From the NCBI GenBank assembly GCA_013115145.1, contig JAAPAO010000054.1, forward strand, positions 36,475-100,474: a stretch of 64,000 nt of DNA, written 5' to 3'. Position numbers and translations under genes: made by a program. Shown in pieces: positions 13,401 through 27,100 of this stretch. Position 1 is the first letter of the stretch, and every line of letters begins with the position of its first letter. This stretch comes from Perkinsus chesapeaki ATCC PRA-425. Lineage: Eukaryota; Protista; Perkinsozoa. The notes below the pieces were generated by a model. That model was not told the DNA's origin, ran no database searches, and saw only the letters and a program-made list of their open reading frames with translations.

Positions 13401-16400
13401 CGAATTTCCTGGTGGGATTGAGCTCATGGCAGCTCTGGGGCCTGTTGAAGATGGGTGCCCTCTAGATTTTGATGACCAAGGGCCTTACGTGCCGCCAGCT
13501 CTGGTCGGGCAAAAGCTTACCAGCCTCTCTTGGGTTCTGAGGGGATATCATGATATCGATGGCCTAGGTGATATGTTCCACATGGTAACTGGTGAAAACG
13601 TCATCTCCCGAGCCGATCCTTTCTATCCTCCGGCTGATGGGAGCAGCATTGCCGAGGCAGCGGCTTCGAGCAGCAGTTCCCAACCTATCGATACTTCTGT
13701 TTGCGCGATCGATGCTATGGTACGCGCTACCGAAGTATTATCGCCAAAGACCGAAGCGGAGGCTAAGAACCAAAATCAAGCTTACTCGGAGCATATCGTC
13801 ACGGCATGCAGCCTTCCTGAGCAAACTCGCTGCATCTATGCGCAAATCCAGCGAGTATTCAATATGACCAAACAACTCTCGAATGGAGCTTTGATTGGCG
13901 GCTTGTCTGGTGGCTTTATACTAGCTCCGGGAATACAAGACGGTTGTCCCCTGATCGATATGCCTGCCAACGACAACGCCACGGACTCGGGTTCCCAAGA
14001 ACGAGAGGGCGCGCAAGTTCTCGTTTTGACTGGATATTACCTCGAGGAAGAAATGTCGGCCATTTTCCAAACCGCTCTTGGAGGTCTGAGGATGCAGGTG
14101 GAAGGCGGCAGCGTTGACGATACTGATATGAATGTCCCGGTTGCAGGTGAAATAGACTCGGGGAATACAATTTCGGAAGGGGAACTTCCTCGAAGGACGC
14201 AACTGACTAGCTGCGAGTTCTCTACCCTCGCGAAGGCGCTGCGAACACTTCCTATTGTGAAGGAGGAAGTCATTGCTAGCCAGCGCAAGTACAGAGAAAC
14301 CAGAGTAGTCATCTGCGGTAGTGTGGAGCAACTCGCGTGCCTAAAAAAGAAAGTTGCTGCTGCGCAAAGTCTGATGAATGGACTCGATGGTGCGCTCTAT
14401 GGAGGGCTAGTTGAGCTTACCTTTGATGGTGACGGACTTCCGGTCTGCCCAATGGATGGGCCCATCGAGTATCAGCCCACAGCTACGTTATCATCCAAGA
14501 GTATCGAATTCACCATTGATGGTTATTTGCAAGTCCAAGGGATCGCCAAGAATCTACGAGAAGCATTCGGTAGTTCAGTGCAAGACGTGTTCCTCGTCGA
14601 CGATGGTGGCGATGATGGTACATCTACAATGGAACCCGGTGAAGTACCCCAACCAACAGTCACAACCGCAATGACAGACATCACGGGAGAATTCGCTAAA
14701 ACGACGGCCCCTACTGTAGGGACAGAAGACATGGGGGAATTTACCAAAACGACGGCCCCTACTGTAGGGACAGAAGACATGGGGGAATTCACCAAAACGA
14801 CGGCCACTACTGTAGGGACAGAAGACATGGGGGAATTCACCAAAACGACGGCCCCTACTGTAGGGACAGAAGACATGGGGGAATTCACCAAAACGACGGC
14901 CCCTACTGTAGGGACAGAAGACATGGGGGAATTCACCAAAACGACGGCCCCTACTGTAGGGACAGAAGTCACGGGGGAAATTACCAAAACGACGGCCCCT
15001 ACTGTAGGGACAGAAGACATGGGGGAATTCACCAAAACAACGGCCCCTACTGTAGGGACAGAAGACATGGGGGAATTCACCAAAACGACGGCCCCTACTG
15101 AAGGGACAGAAGACCTGGGGGAATTCACTGAGACGACATATCCTACTGGAGGGACACAAGGCACAGGAGAAGTCTTTACGACTACAGGGCCTAGTGCAAC
15201 CTTTGAGACAACAATACCTTCGAGCACTACCCCTCCTGTGAGAATTCTTTCCGACCAACGTTGGTTGCAAGACACAGCAACAACATATGAATGCTCGGAG
15301 AACGCCTTGGCTTCTGCTATAAGCGATCTGAAGCGGCAAGCTGAGAGCACGATGACTCTGAAGCGTGTTGAGCTTAAGCTACGGGCCTGTGCTAAGCCAG
15401 CAAGGGTGGAATGCATAAAGAAGCAGATTGAAGCTGCTTCCAAGCTCCTCTCTTCATCTGGCAGCGAGTTGTATGGTGGAATAAAATCCATACGAACCGA
15501 CGGAGTTGTCAGGGAGGGTTGTGATACGTCAGACCGAATTGACACTGGTGGCGTAGGGGAAGTGTCGATAGCGGCGACGAACTGTTTGAGCACACAGACA
15601 GCTTGCTCTAACGATCCCGATCGCCGCTGTTATGACTCGTCGAAAAGATGCGACCGCACTTGGTTCTGCCCTGGCGGAGATGATGAGATGAGCTGCACCT
15701 ATCAGTGCTTAGCAAGCGAAGTTCGCTGCCCGGCAACTGGTCTATGTATTCCGAAGGATCTTCATAAAGGAGGATGTCAAGAATGTGCTGATGAAGCTTA
15801 CGCTGAAGAGGAGACGTGCCTCTTCCTTAAGCAAGAGAGAGAATCTTTGCTGGATCTGAAATCGTGTAACGCTGCCTTGGTCAGCGAGATTATCTTTGCT
15901 CGTTACGGAGCGGGTTGCACTTTCGATGTCGACCCTTGCTGCGTCATGGACAAGGTAGCACTTGACGAGACCGCAACTGACGCTCTAAAGTGCGATGGAT
16001 ATACCTACAGACCAAGTCTCATTGCAGCCGGGACTACTCTTCTCGTATGGGGCCGAGCATATTGTGAGAACTTCCAGAGAATGCAGAGTGCGACTTCATG
16101 CACGGTCGATGACATCGACGTCCTGAGATACTCTTCGATGAGTTGTGAAACTTTCCTTCTGAGTGGCTCGCTTGCCTGCGAATGCTTCGCTGACCTCGGT
16201 GGAATCCTGCAGGAGGACCGCGATATCCTGGAAAGCTGCGACACATTCCGGGCTGATATGAAGCTACCTGGAATCACAGATGCTGAAGTCCGATCGGCTA
16301 TCAGGCGAAATCTCGGAACAACTGAGCACCGGATGGCCTGGGACTCGGTGAAAGCGAAGTGTGATGCCCAAGGTGGTCTGCAAAAGCTCGCAGCTACACA

Positions 16401-19400
16401 AAGTCTTATAAGCGACGAAGAGAAGAATCCAGTGAAAAAGTTGAAGTCAAAGCTGACCCTCGGTGGTGACTTGTCGAGCATCAAGGATGATCCTGCGGCA
16501 TATTCGGCGTTCAAGGAGAGCTTCAAGGCCACTTTACTGGATATCATCGGAAGCGACAAGCTGACTAAGGATTCCATGATAGTGAATGGTATTGTCATGG
16601 CGGAATCTAATACGGTAAGTTGGAATGAGGGGTCTTCCACAAGGCACGGTCTCTTGAATATGTCTAGTCAAACTTTCAATGGTACTATCAAATCACACTT
16701 TACATCCAGGTAACCACTACAACAGCTGCACCACAGGGCGTTACTACTACTACTCAAGCACCACCGAGAAGACTCCAGACGAGCACCAGTAGCGGTGTCA
16801 GCTTCGAGGTAATTACACCCTCCTGAGAATGAAATGCACAACCCTCTCGCTCAGCTCACGGTCGATAGTGGTTCAAGTTCTGGCACACTAGCTGATCGAA
16901 CGGCCGGGGCAGCGACGGCGGCTACAAGTGTGGCCGGTGCGCTTACAAGCCTGAATTCGGACCCATCAAGCCAGTCATCGTTATTGACCTCTCTCCAAGC
17001 TTCAGTGCCTAACATGCCTCCTATCACATTCCTGGGTCTAGCTGAACCACAGGTGACATTCTATCACAGGATGATGACATGATAGGGTTGACCACAGGTT
17101 CGAGACGCGATTGAACAGCTGTGTTTGTCTCCGAAGTTCAAGTGTCCTGTTACGGGGACTTGTATAGAGGAGCGATTTGTCTGCAACCAAATCCCTGAAT
17201 GCGAGGTTATCGAGCCTGGTGAAACTGTGGCTGCGGATGAGAGAGGGTACGCAATTACCATGGAGACTGAAGCTAAGTCGTCCGGTCGTTCAGGTGCACA
17301 TTCACAACTCCTGCTCCGGGGGCACAGTGTAAAGATACCCAGTTCCAGTGCGGATCAGGCGAGTGTATTGAGGATGTGTTCTACTGCGACGAGTTCAACG
17401 ATTGTGCTGATGCATCTGACGAAACTCACCCGGAATGCGTGGCACAGTTGGAAGCTCGCAGAGAGATGGAAGCGGGTAAGCCGTAAGGCATATCCAAAGG
17501 CACATTACGTCTTGTAGCCACGGCATCCCAAGCCTCCGCGGTCCCCGTGACCCTGGTGAAGGACTGGTTCGGTGTCATGTTCGCGACACCTGTTACTGTT
17601 AAATGCATCAAGTTCATGCAGCCTATCGATAAGGTAAAAAGATGACGATGATAATTTTTGTGGTTAAGTGGTGTGGTCAGATGGTAGCTGATATTAAAAT
17701 GTTTGCCTGTGACGAGAGCGAAGTCTTCCGTGATGGCGTTGGTGTTGTCCTGAGAAAGCCGGAAACAAGTTGCAAATCCATGAAGGTTGATCAACTTTAA
17801 TTCCAGAGTTTCATCCTCTTAGCGCAGGTCATCACCTTGGTCGATACGGAGACCAATCTGCTCCAGCACAGTGTGACTGTGGATACTACCACAACTACTA
17901 CCACCACGACACCAACGACAGCCTCTGGCCAGTCACTCGCGTACAGCGCAGCTTCGGCGGCAAGAGCATGCTCGTCGGGCAACTGTGATGTGGTAGGCCG
18001 TCTTAATGCTCTGGTGTGCTCTGTAGCTTAACGATATTAGGTCATGATGAATACAAATTACGAATGCTATGACGCTACAGGAGAGATTGTAGACTCGGAC
18101 GACATCGGCAGTGGCGTCTGTAAGGTGCCACGACCGGGAGATGCTTCGACGAACAAGGTTGAGGACGACGACCGTTGTGATATTTCGGTATGTCTGAATG
18201 GTCAATTTTAATGAAGATATTGAACGCTTCGCAGCTGCCCATCTCACTGGCCCGAGTGAAGAAGATTCGGGCTGCTAACGTGGACGACAGCGATCTGCTG
18301 GAGGATGACACTTACAAGTGTTTCTGTTATCAGCAGTTGCAGTTCAACATCGCCAACGGCAATACAAGGTCGTTCCGAGATTGCTCGGGGGCTCCAGCTT
18401 TTACCACCTTCACAGATACTTCTTTCCACCATATAGCGGCGAAGCCCAGAAGCTATGCGAGCCTTATCTTTTACAGAAGGTGTGCTGCCCCTCATAAGAT
18501 TCATCATAGGACGAGTTCATTTCAGCTATTCGAATTCTTCATGGCAATTGTGGCCGTGTTGTCTGTGAGTATCTTGAATTGGCTCCTGAAGGCCATCATA
18601 TACTTTTTGGTGGACATGGAGAAGCATACATCAGTGAGTTGACGGAAAGCAACAGGGCTGGCCAATCCCAGTGTTCGGGTTCATTGCTGGCTTAAAGACA
18701 CGAATTTTTAGTAAATGTTGAAGCTGTTATTCTCGATATAAAAGTGACATGAAATGAAAAACAAGTGAGGTTGGTCGCCTCCCGTCTTAAAGCACGCATG
18801 CTCTCGGGCTGTTCACCCTTCAAATGAGACGGGGGAGCCGCGACACTAAGTGCTTCGTTGTCTGATACCTTCCAAGGTATATGCTGTAGCAGGCTGAAGA
18901 TTATGTACCCATTTTTGTGTACATGTCGTGTCGCACAGGTGACGACCAAAGAGATGTCTCTGATGAAGAAACTCTTTCTGGCACAGTGGATCAATACCGG
19001 CTTAATCATTCTGTTTGTGAATGCCCAACTCCATGGAATGACAACAGATATACCAGTGGTGAGTATCTTGTGATTCGGTTTTATCACGTTCACCATGTAT
19101 TTTAACATTCAGGTCGGCACCACACTCAGAATCGGTGACGGTGAATACGACGATTTCACATCTACTTGGTACAAGGCTGTCGGCATCGGTCTCAGTATTA
19201 CGATTGCCGTTCAAGTAGGGATACGACCAACCGGCGGACTACTATCAGTCTGGATTCTTAGATCGCCTCGGCTGCCTTGCCTCCAATTGTCGCCGGCTTC
19301 CTCAAGCTTGTGATGATGCCTTTCACTGGAAAGAAGAAGAAAACACAAGTGTGTCATTTGGTTACTATCTTGCATAATAATCATGCATTTGCAGGATGCT

Positions 19401-20409
19401 ATGAATCAAGTTTACAAGCTACCAGATTTCAACTTGGCTCTACGTCTCGCTCAGACGATGAATGTCCTCTTCTGCACCATAATGTAAATGCCCGTGGTGC
19501 ACTATTCTGAGATATCTTCTATTTTCAGGTATTCGTCGAGCATGCCGTTGCTTCTGATCATCGGTGCTGTTTACTGCTTCGTCGCGTACTGGGCTGATAA
19601 GATCTGTCTTCTACGGTAGGCCCCAGTTGGCCTTCATTGCGTCCGAGTTCGTTCGCAGATTCTCGGCAAGGCCACCCGCTTTCACCCAGGAAACCGTTAT
19701 GGGCGCCATCAAGCTGTTCCCTCTGGCAGCACTGATGCATTGTCTCCTCGCTTTCTGGATGTACGCTCGTGCAGTTTTCAGTTCCGTGCAGACATTCAAT
19801 ATTGCTGATTTCAGGTTGAGTAACCAGACTGTGTTCCCAAGTGATTTCTTTTCGGATATGACAGAAGCACGGTAAGCTTGATGAAGCATCTTTTCGCTTT
19901 CGGAAGGTAACACTATCAGTTACGTGGAGAGGTATATGAGTGGAGCCAATGCGAAGCGATACGAACAGATTATGTTTAAAGGTGTGCCCACTGGTGACTT
20001 TGAGTCTTTTAAATGGTATGTTGGAGCTCGTATTGAGGACGGCTTCCGAAAGGCCACCATTGGCGAGTTTATCGTTATGATGCTCATTGTAGCCTACTTT
20101 GGCATTTACCTCTTCTACAATATATTCGGTACGCACATTATGGCATGCTTAAGGGCATGCTGGCAATGCTGTCACACCAAGAAGGGTAAGCAGATGAGTA
20201 CCATAACGAGCGAGACCTACACTGATTCGGTAAATGAGATGATTCAATCTGGTATGATTCACTCATATGAATTGAAGAACAATCATCGCTATGACCTGGC
20301 TTACACAGCTATATCTGAAATCGAGCAGAAGAGCCGAAATAGCAAAGTCGGGCTGCAATCACCTCATCCACAGCAAGTGGTTGTGGTAGTTCAGCAGCAA
20401 AAAGAATAA
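4432..20409 (+). CDS. OSCA/TMEM63 (CSC1-like) multi-pass ion channel with a giant extracellular insertion; >30 exons, roughly 3,700 aa
   Basis: Spliced exons give, in order: GEFGVGIQLYFDFLLYLGIVLL; SSIGNIG; DEDNVTPSDFAIHVMDLP; VCQAHVIFNEE; AYEPSNIYCENL followed by a TM helix; [large insert]; LFEFFMAIVAVLSVSILNWLLKAIIYFLVDMEKHTS; KKLFLAQWINTGLIILFVNA; GDGEYDDFTSTWYKAVG; QDAMNQVYKLPDFNLALRLAQ; YSSSMPLL..YWADKICLLR; HCLLAFWMY; stop at 20409. These match motifs of protist CSC1/OSCA-like proteins. The start at 4432 and the first micro-exons are tentative. Confidence 0.8.
10177..15522 (+). repeat. Ten tandem ~160-aa four-cysteine protein domains in one giant exon
   Basis: Units start at about 10177, 10648, 11128, 11611, 12082, 12583, 13051, 13519, 14011 and 14497 (period 468-501 nt, all multiples of 3). 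Shared pattern: xxF/LxI/LxG..D...FG...C...VxLxxC...CI/LxxQ/K...Y[AG]GI/L...[DE]GCP. Confidence 0.85.
14680..15160 (+). repeat. Coding 48-bp tandem repeat, ~10 copies, encoding Thr-rich mucin-like DMGEFTKTTAPTVGTE
   Basis: Unit gacatgggggaattcaccaaaacgacggcccctactgtagggacagaa is directly visible, in frame, and inserted inside domain repeat 10. Confidence 0.95.
15583..17445 (+). other. LDL-receptor class A-like modules within the channel ectodomain
   Basis: CLSTQTACSNDPDRRCYDSSKRCDRTWFCPGGDDEMSC (15583-15697), CLSPKFKCPVTGTCIEERFVCNQIPEC...ADERGC (~17120-17300) and CKDTQFQCGSGECIEDVFYCDEFNDCADASDETHPEC (~17325-17440) fit the LDLa Cys spacing and acidic D.SDE motif. Confidence 0.75.
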
Positions 20410-21105
20410 TTTCATATGTTTATTTTATATGCATTTATGTGTGTGTGATTTATTCATCATCTTATATCTTATCATGACAGCTTACCAATCCATTTATTCA
20501 CATGATACCTAAGTGTTGTCTAATAACTTGGCCTTGGGTTGACAGAGTGATACGTTCCCCGAATAATGTAGAAAAGCAAGCCCCTTTGGTGTCCACCGTG
20601 ATAGGGAAGATTCCTGTAACAATTATACAAATCCGTGTCTAGCGTGATAAACTCGTAACCTAACAATGCCACATTCACTGGTGTGATAACAATGGGGTGC
20701 CCCCGCCCAGGACTACAGAAGTAGCCTCCTCCTAACAGAGCCCGGAAATACCGCGTGTGTATCGATCTCGCACTGTTCAGCAGTTTTTAATTTGTATTTT
20801 TTTGTTTGCTAAATAATTTGAGCATCGCTTTGTTAGAAGCAATGATGCATTGTTCGATGTGTCTCCATTGGTGTATCACTCGTTACAACTAAACACTGGC
20901 AATTGAAAGAAAAAATTCGCCACACATGCTCCCCAAAAGAAGAGGGATACAAAATAATCAGAATGGCTCCGGAAGGTTCAATCGGATTCGATAGTCGATG
21001 GAATCTCCCTCATGTCCACCTTCACCACTCGATAGTGCGCTCCAATTGGGCGGTATATTCGCGGCCTGCCATGACGCCTGTGGGGCTAAATAGCTAAGCG
21101 CCCTC

Positions 21106-24100
21106 TCACTCGTGTTCCTCTTCATGCTCGGTCGGCTCCGTATGATCTCGTTTCCGTCTAGAATGAGATCTATGCATTCCCCTACCTGCCTGCGCTGGGT
21201 CGCTGGAGGCTTCTATCGCCGACGAACACGAGCTCTGAAAAAAAATTATTATGTAGCTAAGTTCGTGAACAAGAGAGGGAGGAACCCCAGTCGAAGGGAA
21301 CTCACGGTATCTCCACTGGAGCTTGACGAACCTTGACCTCTCGAGCTCTTGAGCTTTAGGGACCGTACACATTGCCTAGAAACCTCTGGGATGCCGTATT
21401 GCAACTGAGAGATGGATCGGAAGAAAACATAGCGTTCGGCTCACTGGTCCGATATTGACGAAACGCCGTTTACTAGGCTCGGGCAGATCGCACATGACCC
21501 TTGGTACGTGGTTATTGCTGATGTCAGAGAATACGCGTAATGCTTCCTGTTCAATACGTATCTTAAACGAACATGAGGAGCACGCTTCGAGCTCAGTGGA
21601 GCTTACTTGGCATTCGGAGTTCTCCGCATCGAGCTTGACGCTAACCACTGATGTAAGCGGCACCTGAGACTACATAGGACCGTACCACAAGACCAGTACC
21701 TACCCCAACTATGGTCCAATCTTCAACATCTTTCTCTAGCCCTTCAGCGCTAACCAGCAGCCCTGTCTTACCGGCATGAATGAACGCACCGGCACCATAA
21801 CCAATGCTATATCTGACGAGGGATATAATACCTTAGTAGATCGAATAGTTCCAGGCAGTAATAATAAAATACGTAAAGGAGGAACTAGTGAAAGAAGTAA
21901 TACCATCGATCACCTTTGCACTGGGAAGAATGATTAATCTTCCTCTATAATCCCTTCCAACGTACGGAATAATTAAAGGTTATTAAAATAGGTTCCATTA
22001 TTCTCGAAACAATATTGAGATATAGAGAATAAGTGCTCCCTTCACTAAGTTCCCCTACGACCCTGGCCGCACAGCTCACCCGAGGTCCGAGTCGAAGTTG
22101 GATGGCATGGCACTTCGCCCTTGTATGTGCAAGCTGTGAGTATGACAGCATGCCGCAAAGTCATCAATGAGTCGGTTCCCCGATAGGCGGGGGAGTGTGT
22201 GATCAGCTTGGAGCAACTTTTGCCTGCCAAATGATAACAGTGACCGATTGCTTTCCTCAAGGATACCTTTTTCTTGGAAGCTCTCGAGCAACCAGAGATT
22301 TCAACAAAAGTTCGGATTCGAGATGGGGCAATTCAAACTGCCCATCAGGCGGGGTGGCCACGTATCTGTCGAGGGGCTTCTTTTGAGATGTGGAATGATG
22401 TGGAGATGGCTTACTGCTGCCATAACGCATACTGTATCCTATCCGGTAGGGAGTCGTATCTGAGACAAATGTCATAAAGGAATACCGGAAATTTCTCGCT
22501 GTCTATTGCGTTCTCGACCGCTACGAATAACAGAGTGATCGGCAAACCCATCTTCTGAAATGAGGGAAGATTCCATTATCGCTGGCTCTCACAATTGCTT
22601 TGCTGAAAGATGGACACCAATCCATCTTCAGTTGAGCTTAAAGCCTCGCCTGTTGACTTACAGATCTCTAGCGCTCGGGCTCAAAGACTGGAAGAGTCGT
22701 TGGTGAAGCATACTGCTTGGTTTTACCCCACTATAGGACTTCCTCAGCAGCTTGTGCTCTTGCACGTGCATGAAGTCAATCTAGTACGGAAGACGCTAAC
22801 TGGGCGAATTGATAGTGTTTGGAGGGTACCTCATTTTCAAGCTCTTTCAGTTCGTCCAATGCATCAGTAACGGACTCAGGGATGAGGACCTGAATTCACT
22901 CTACAGTTCTCTATAATATACTATATCTATTATTATACATAGTAATATTAATTTATATAAATAATGTATTCCCATCTCTAAAGACATCTTATATTATCTT
23001 GTAATAGCCATCTACATTAATCTATCAAATGTGAGCGAGCGAGTTATAAAATGTTAAGATTTCCACAAGTCACAATCGCCACATGAACTCACCACACCAT
23101 AGTCCATCCCTTGCTGACATCGCTTGAGAATGACGTCACATACCAGTGTGATGAGATCTTGTAGGGTCATATTACGGGCACGTACCTCCTCGGAGATAAG
23201 GAACTAATAACAACAACAACAAGAGCACAGATTCGATAGGCGATTAAATATTGTAAAATGCGTTTCTAAATCCCCTGCTTTATGAGAATCTACATTCCGT
23301 TCGTTTGGTTAGGGAGATAACAGCCACTGAATGGCTTATGAAAGAAAGGATTATGAACCAGCAAAATAGGTCCCAGAGCTCCACAAAGGGGAAAACGAGA
23401 ACCGTGATTTGGCCCAGACCGATATTTTATTATGCGTGCATTACACGGGTAACACGTTTTGCGGGAAAATATATGGAACCAATCGTCATCAGCCTACACC
23501 ATCATTTTCTAAGCGGATTTTTCAAGTGGCAGAAAACGCTTACCAGATTGGGATGCGCATGAAGGGCACATTCGGCTGCGATGTGGCTCATAGAGCGTCC
23601 ACAAATACGAATGAAATACCTGCGCAGGGCATACCAGCCGACGGCAGCGGAAAACACACGCTCACCATTCTCGAGTGCCACTGGCTGCTAATGTAGCTAT
23701 ATTGCCTATGATATTCGAGAATACTTTACAGGCTGTATCATAACCAAGAGTCTGCTCAATGAGAGGGATGTCATTCTCGACCGATGCTGGAACCTGTGCG
23801 CCAAGTCGGTCTTGATATGGGGGAAAAGTCGACGGGACCATACTTGACCTACCCCAATAACTTTCGTTGGTATCTGCATTCTGGCCATAGTCTCAGCCAA
23901 GAGAGCGGTATCCGCATGAGTGCCCACACCGCCAACAACGACTACCCCATCCAGCGACAGCTTTCGGCACGTTCCTAAATAACAGGGCTCCGAATGAAAC
24001 CGTCGTGGCGAAGCTTACGGGCGCAAGCAATGAGATCTTCGTTCGTTCGCAAAGTGAGATCGGTTCTGCCGAGGAGGTCCAGACCGGCTTGATTACGATA

Positions 24101-27100
24101 GAGGGAAAGTAGCTCGTCCGAGTCCAATACAACTGTATACCCCTTCACCTGGGAAAATGGTTCATCAATAATAAACTAGTGATGACTTACGAAACCCAGA
24201 GCACCGAGAGCGATGCCAATCAGAGACCCACCCGGGTGGGCATCTACATAAGCCTTAAGGCCCCAAGCAACATTATGGCACCCCGGAGACTGACGACCCA
24301 TGAACACGATACCAATGCGGAGGCCGCCTCCCTTGTATCTGAAGAGTGAGAAATTTCAAGCGGTGGAACAATGCCCGCACCAGGTGGGACTTTTCCCCCG
24401 AATAGGCGCGAACCGTGGCGGAAATTTCGTGACAATTTCGGCAAGTTATATTTTTTCTTGTGCCAAACAAGTGCTTACAGGCTGAATAAGCTGGCCTTCC
24501 TCATGATACCGTGCTTGGCAGTGTGGCTGGGGGAGAGTGGGCATTCACCTGAAATGAAAGTGGAAGCAGCGATAAATAGCAGATATTCAAGAACAACAGA
24601 CCCCTGTTGTTCTTGCACGATGGCCTCAAATATATATGTACATCGGAGCACTCGACATGCCCCTCTAGGATTCAAGGAGCCATTCCGTACCGTCAAGCTC
24701 ATGAGAAAAACGCCATCTGTAGCTAGGAGCTCTTCGACGTCACTCCTTCAATTCCCGTCCGGCAATTATTCTTCCCAATGGGGCGAATTTGCATTGCACA
24801 CACTTGAGACCATATTGTGACGTAGTGAGACTGGTGTGGATTATACTGGCTCAGACTTATTAGGAAATGGTTCCCTAGGACAGAGATCACCTTCGTCCTC
24901 CTCTGTTATTTTCGGCAACGGCGATGGTGGCTCGGACTCAGTCATTTCAGTCTGCAGGAACGCTACCGTCTGCGATCGTACCTACAAACATGGTGCAAAA
25001 ACAAACACCAAAAACGCGCTACTTTCCTCCCCATCGGCGAGAAAGCCTTCTCAGCTCGATTCTGCGGGCTTACCGCTCCAGCGATATCCGTAGGGACTTC
25101 ACCAGCATGCTGGTGCTCAATTCGCACTGCGACCACATTGGACCTGGTCAAAAGCTAAGCCACCGGTATAACGTGGAGACCTACGTGTGTGGGAATGCCA
25201 GATGTAAAAGGTCCATAGAAGCCCTTCGCGGTGTTACCGGCCTGTCCACTATAGCGTATAGGCCGCTTGTCAGAGTCGTTGGTAGGACAGGCTGATACCT
25301 TATAGAAAAAGGGATCATCACTATCAGTGGCCTATAATACAATATTATATATAATAATATTCTAATAATAACGGCATTAAGCACATCTTGGCCACTGACA
25401 AATCCCTGATCTAGCCCGCCATAAGGAGCATACGAATTTGGAAGGCTTAGCAGCGCTCAAGACCGACCGGCTGCACAATGCTCTTCAAAGCTGTTGCGCA
25501 ATAGTCGAAAATGCGACCTCTTATACGCCTGCTACGTAGACGCATCCCTACCCGCTCCTTTCCTTTTGTAGGGGCGATGAGCCACCGTATCTCCATGGAA
25601 GTGATATTATACCAGTTCTTGTACCTTACAGAAATAACAGCATGATTAAGACATTATAGCATTTATACATATGGCATACGCCAAAAAATCCCTGACATGA
25701 TACTCACAACATTACGGTCAATATATAGCGAAAAGGCGGACGTACCGCATCCATGCCAAGATACACATCAAATGGTGAAGGAAGAAGAGTTAGGCGTCCA
25801 GAAAATATAATGTCCTATTGTATAGTAGGTAATATTAATAAGCTATGGGCATATAATATATTATATAGATCATTAATAGTTATATATACCGAAAATTAAG
25901 CGGTTAAGCGCAATTCCCGCCCTACCAGCAAGCAAGCCGCTCCTGGAGGTGATATGAAAGAAAGTCTTCCTTGTCGGCACCCCTGGCTGAATTGATGGCA
26001 GCTCCATTGAGTGTATAATTTCTAACAAACAACACCTTGAAGAAGCTTTGTAAAAAGATACTATCGTACCTTCTGCCGACATATACGCGGCCAATAACGA
26101 TATGGTCCTGCTATCTGAGAGTGGACCGTCGAACTGGTAGGGCCCCGGCTGACGACTGTGAGCGGCCATACTGAGAAAACAAGTGTGTAGGGGTGGTGTG
26201 GTGGCGTGACCATTACGTGTCTCCTTCCCTGAGCTTATTGTAGATGTTCATAACATGGTCATCTCTAGTCTAAGTACAATAACAAAATGGAGCACGCGAG
26301 CAAGGTTATGAGATGGTAACGCATCACATTCAGTGTAACCTACAAACTGTTTTAACTTTCAAGAACCACTTCTATGCCACTTCCTCATTACATTTATATA
26401 TTATTTTTATGCCTCCACTTTCTCATTACATTTATATATTATTTTTTATGCATTCACTTTCTCATTACATCCCCCTCTTCCTACACATATTTCCCTCTTT
26501 GACACCAGCAACACTTTGGCTTCCCTCTTCAGCCGTTGATTCGCCCTATAAACTGCTTCCTTGTTCTCCGCTATCGCTGGTATAGCAATCAGTTCGGGAT
26601 CCTTTTGCCTGAGATGATTCACAAATAACACGCCATTAATTTCCGGAAAAAGCAACTTTCCGAACCTCAAAAACGTTATGATCGCCCTTGGCAATGGCCC
26701 GACAAGGAAGACTAAGCGCCACTTCCTCAAAAAGGGAACTCCTCGACAGTGTGGTATATGAGGAGGTAGCCTCCTGTCTTACTTCCGCAGTAGTGGTGCT
26801 AATGGTATGCCTCCCAGGCCCCACTCGGTGACGTCCTGCAGTAGATCGGTGACTACAGCTATGTATCCGTTATACCTGGCATGACGCAAGGATTAATGAC
26901 AATGAGGAAAATGATTCGTTTTCATTCAGATTGATTTTAATTTAGTAATAATGAAATGATTTTGAATGATAGTTATATTCTTTATATTATTTATTTCGAA
27001 TGAATACCATAGTAGAGCTTATGTCTCATTTATATACTAGTAAAAACGGATATATAGTAGACCTTCTGAAACCTCTGCCGCCTGATTAGTAGGCCATCAA

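Noticed and set aside
14523-15593. Antisense and alternative-frame ORFs (356 aa, 254 aa) over the 48-bp array
   Set aside because: By-products of a stop-free tandem repeat; the + frame is continuous with the flanking domains.
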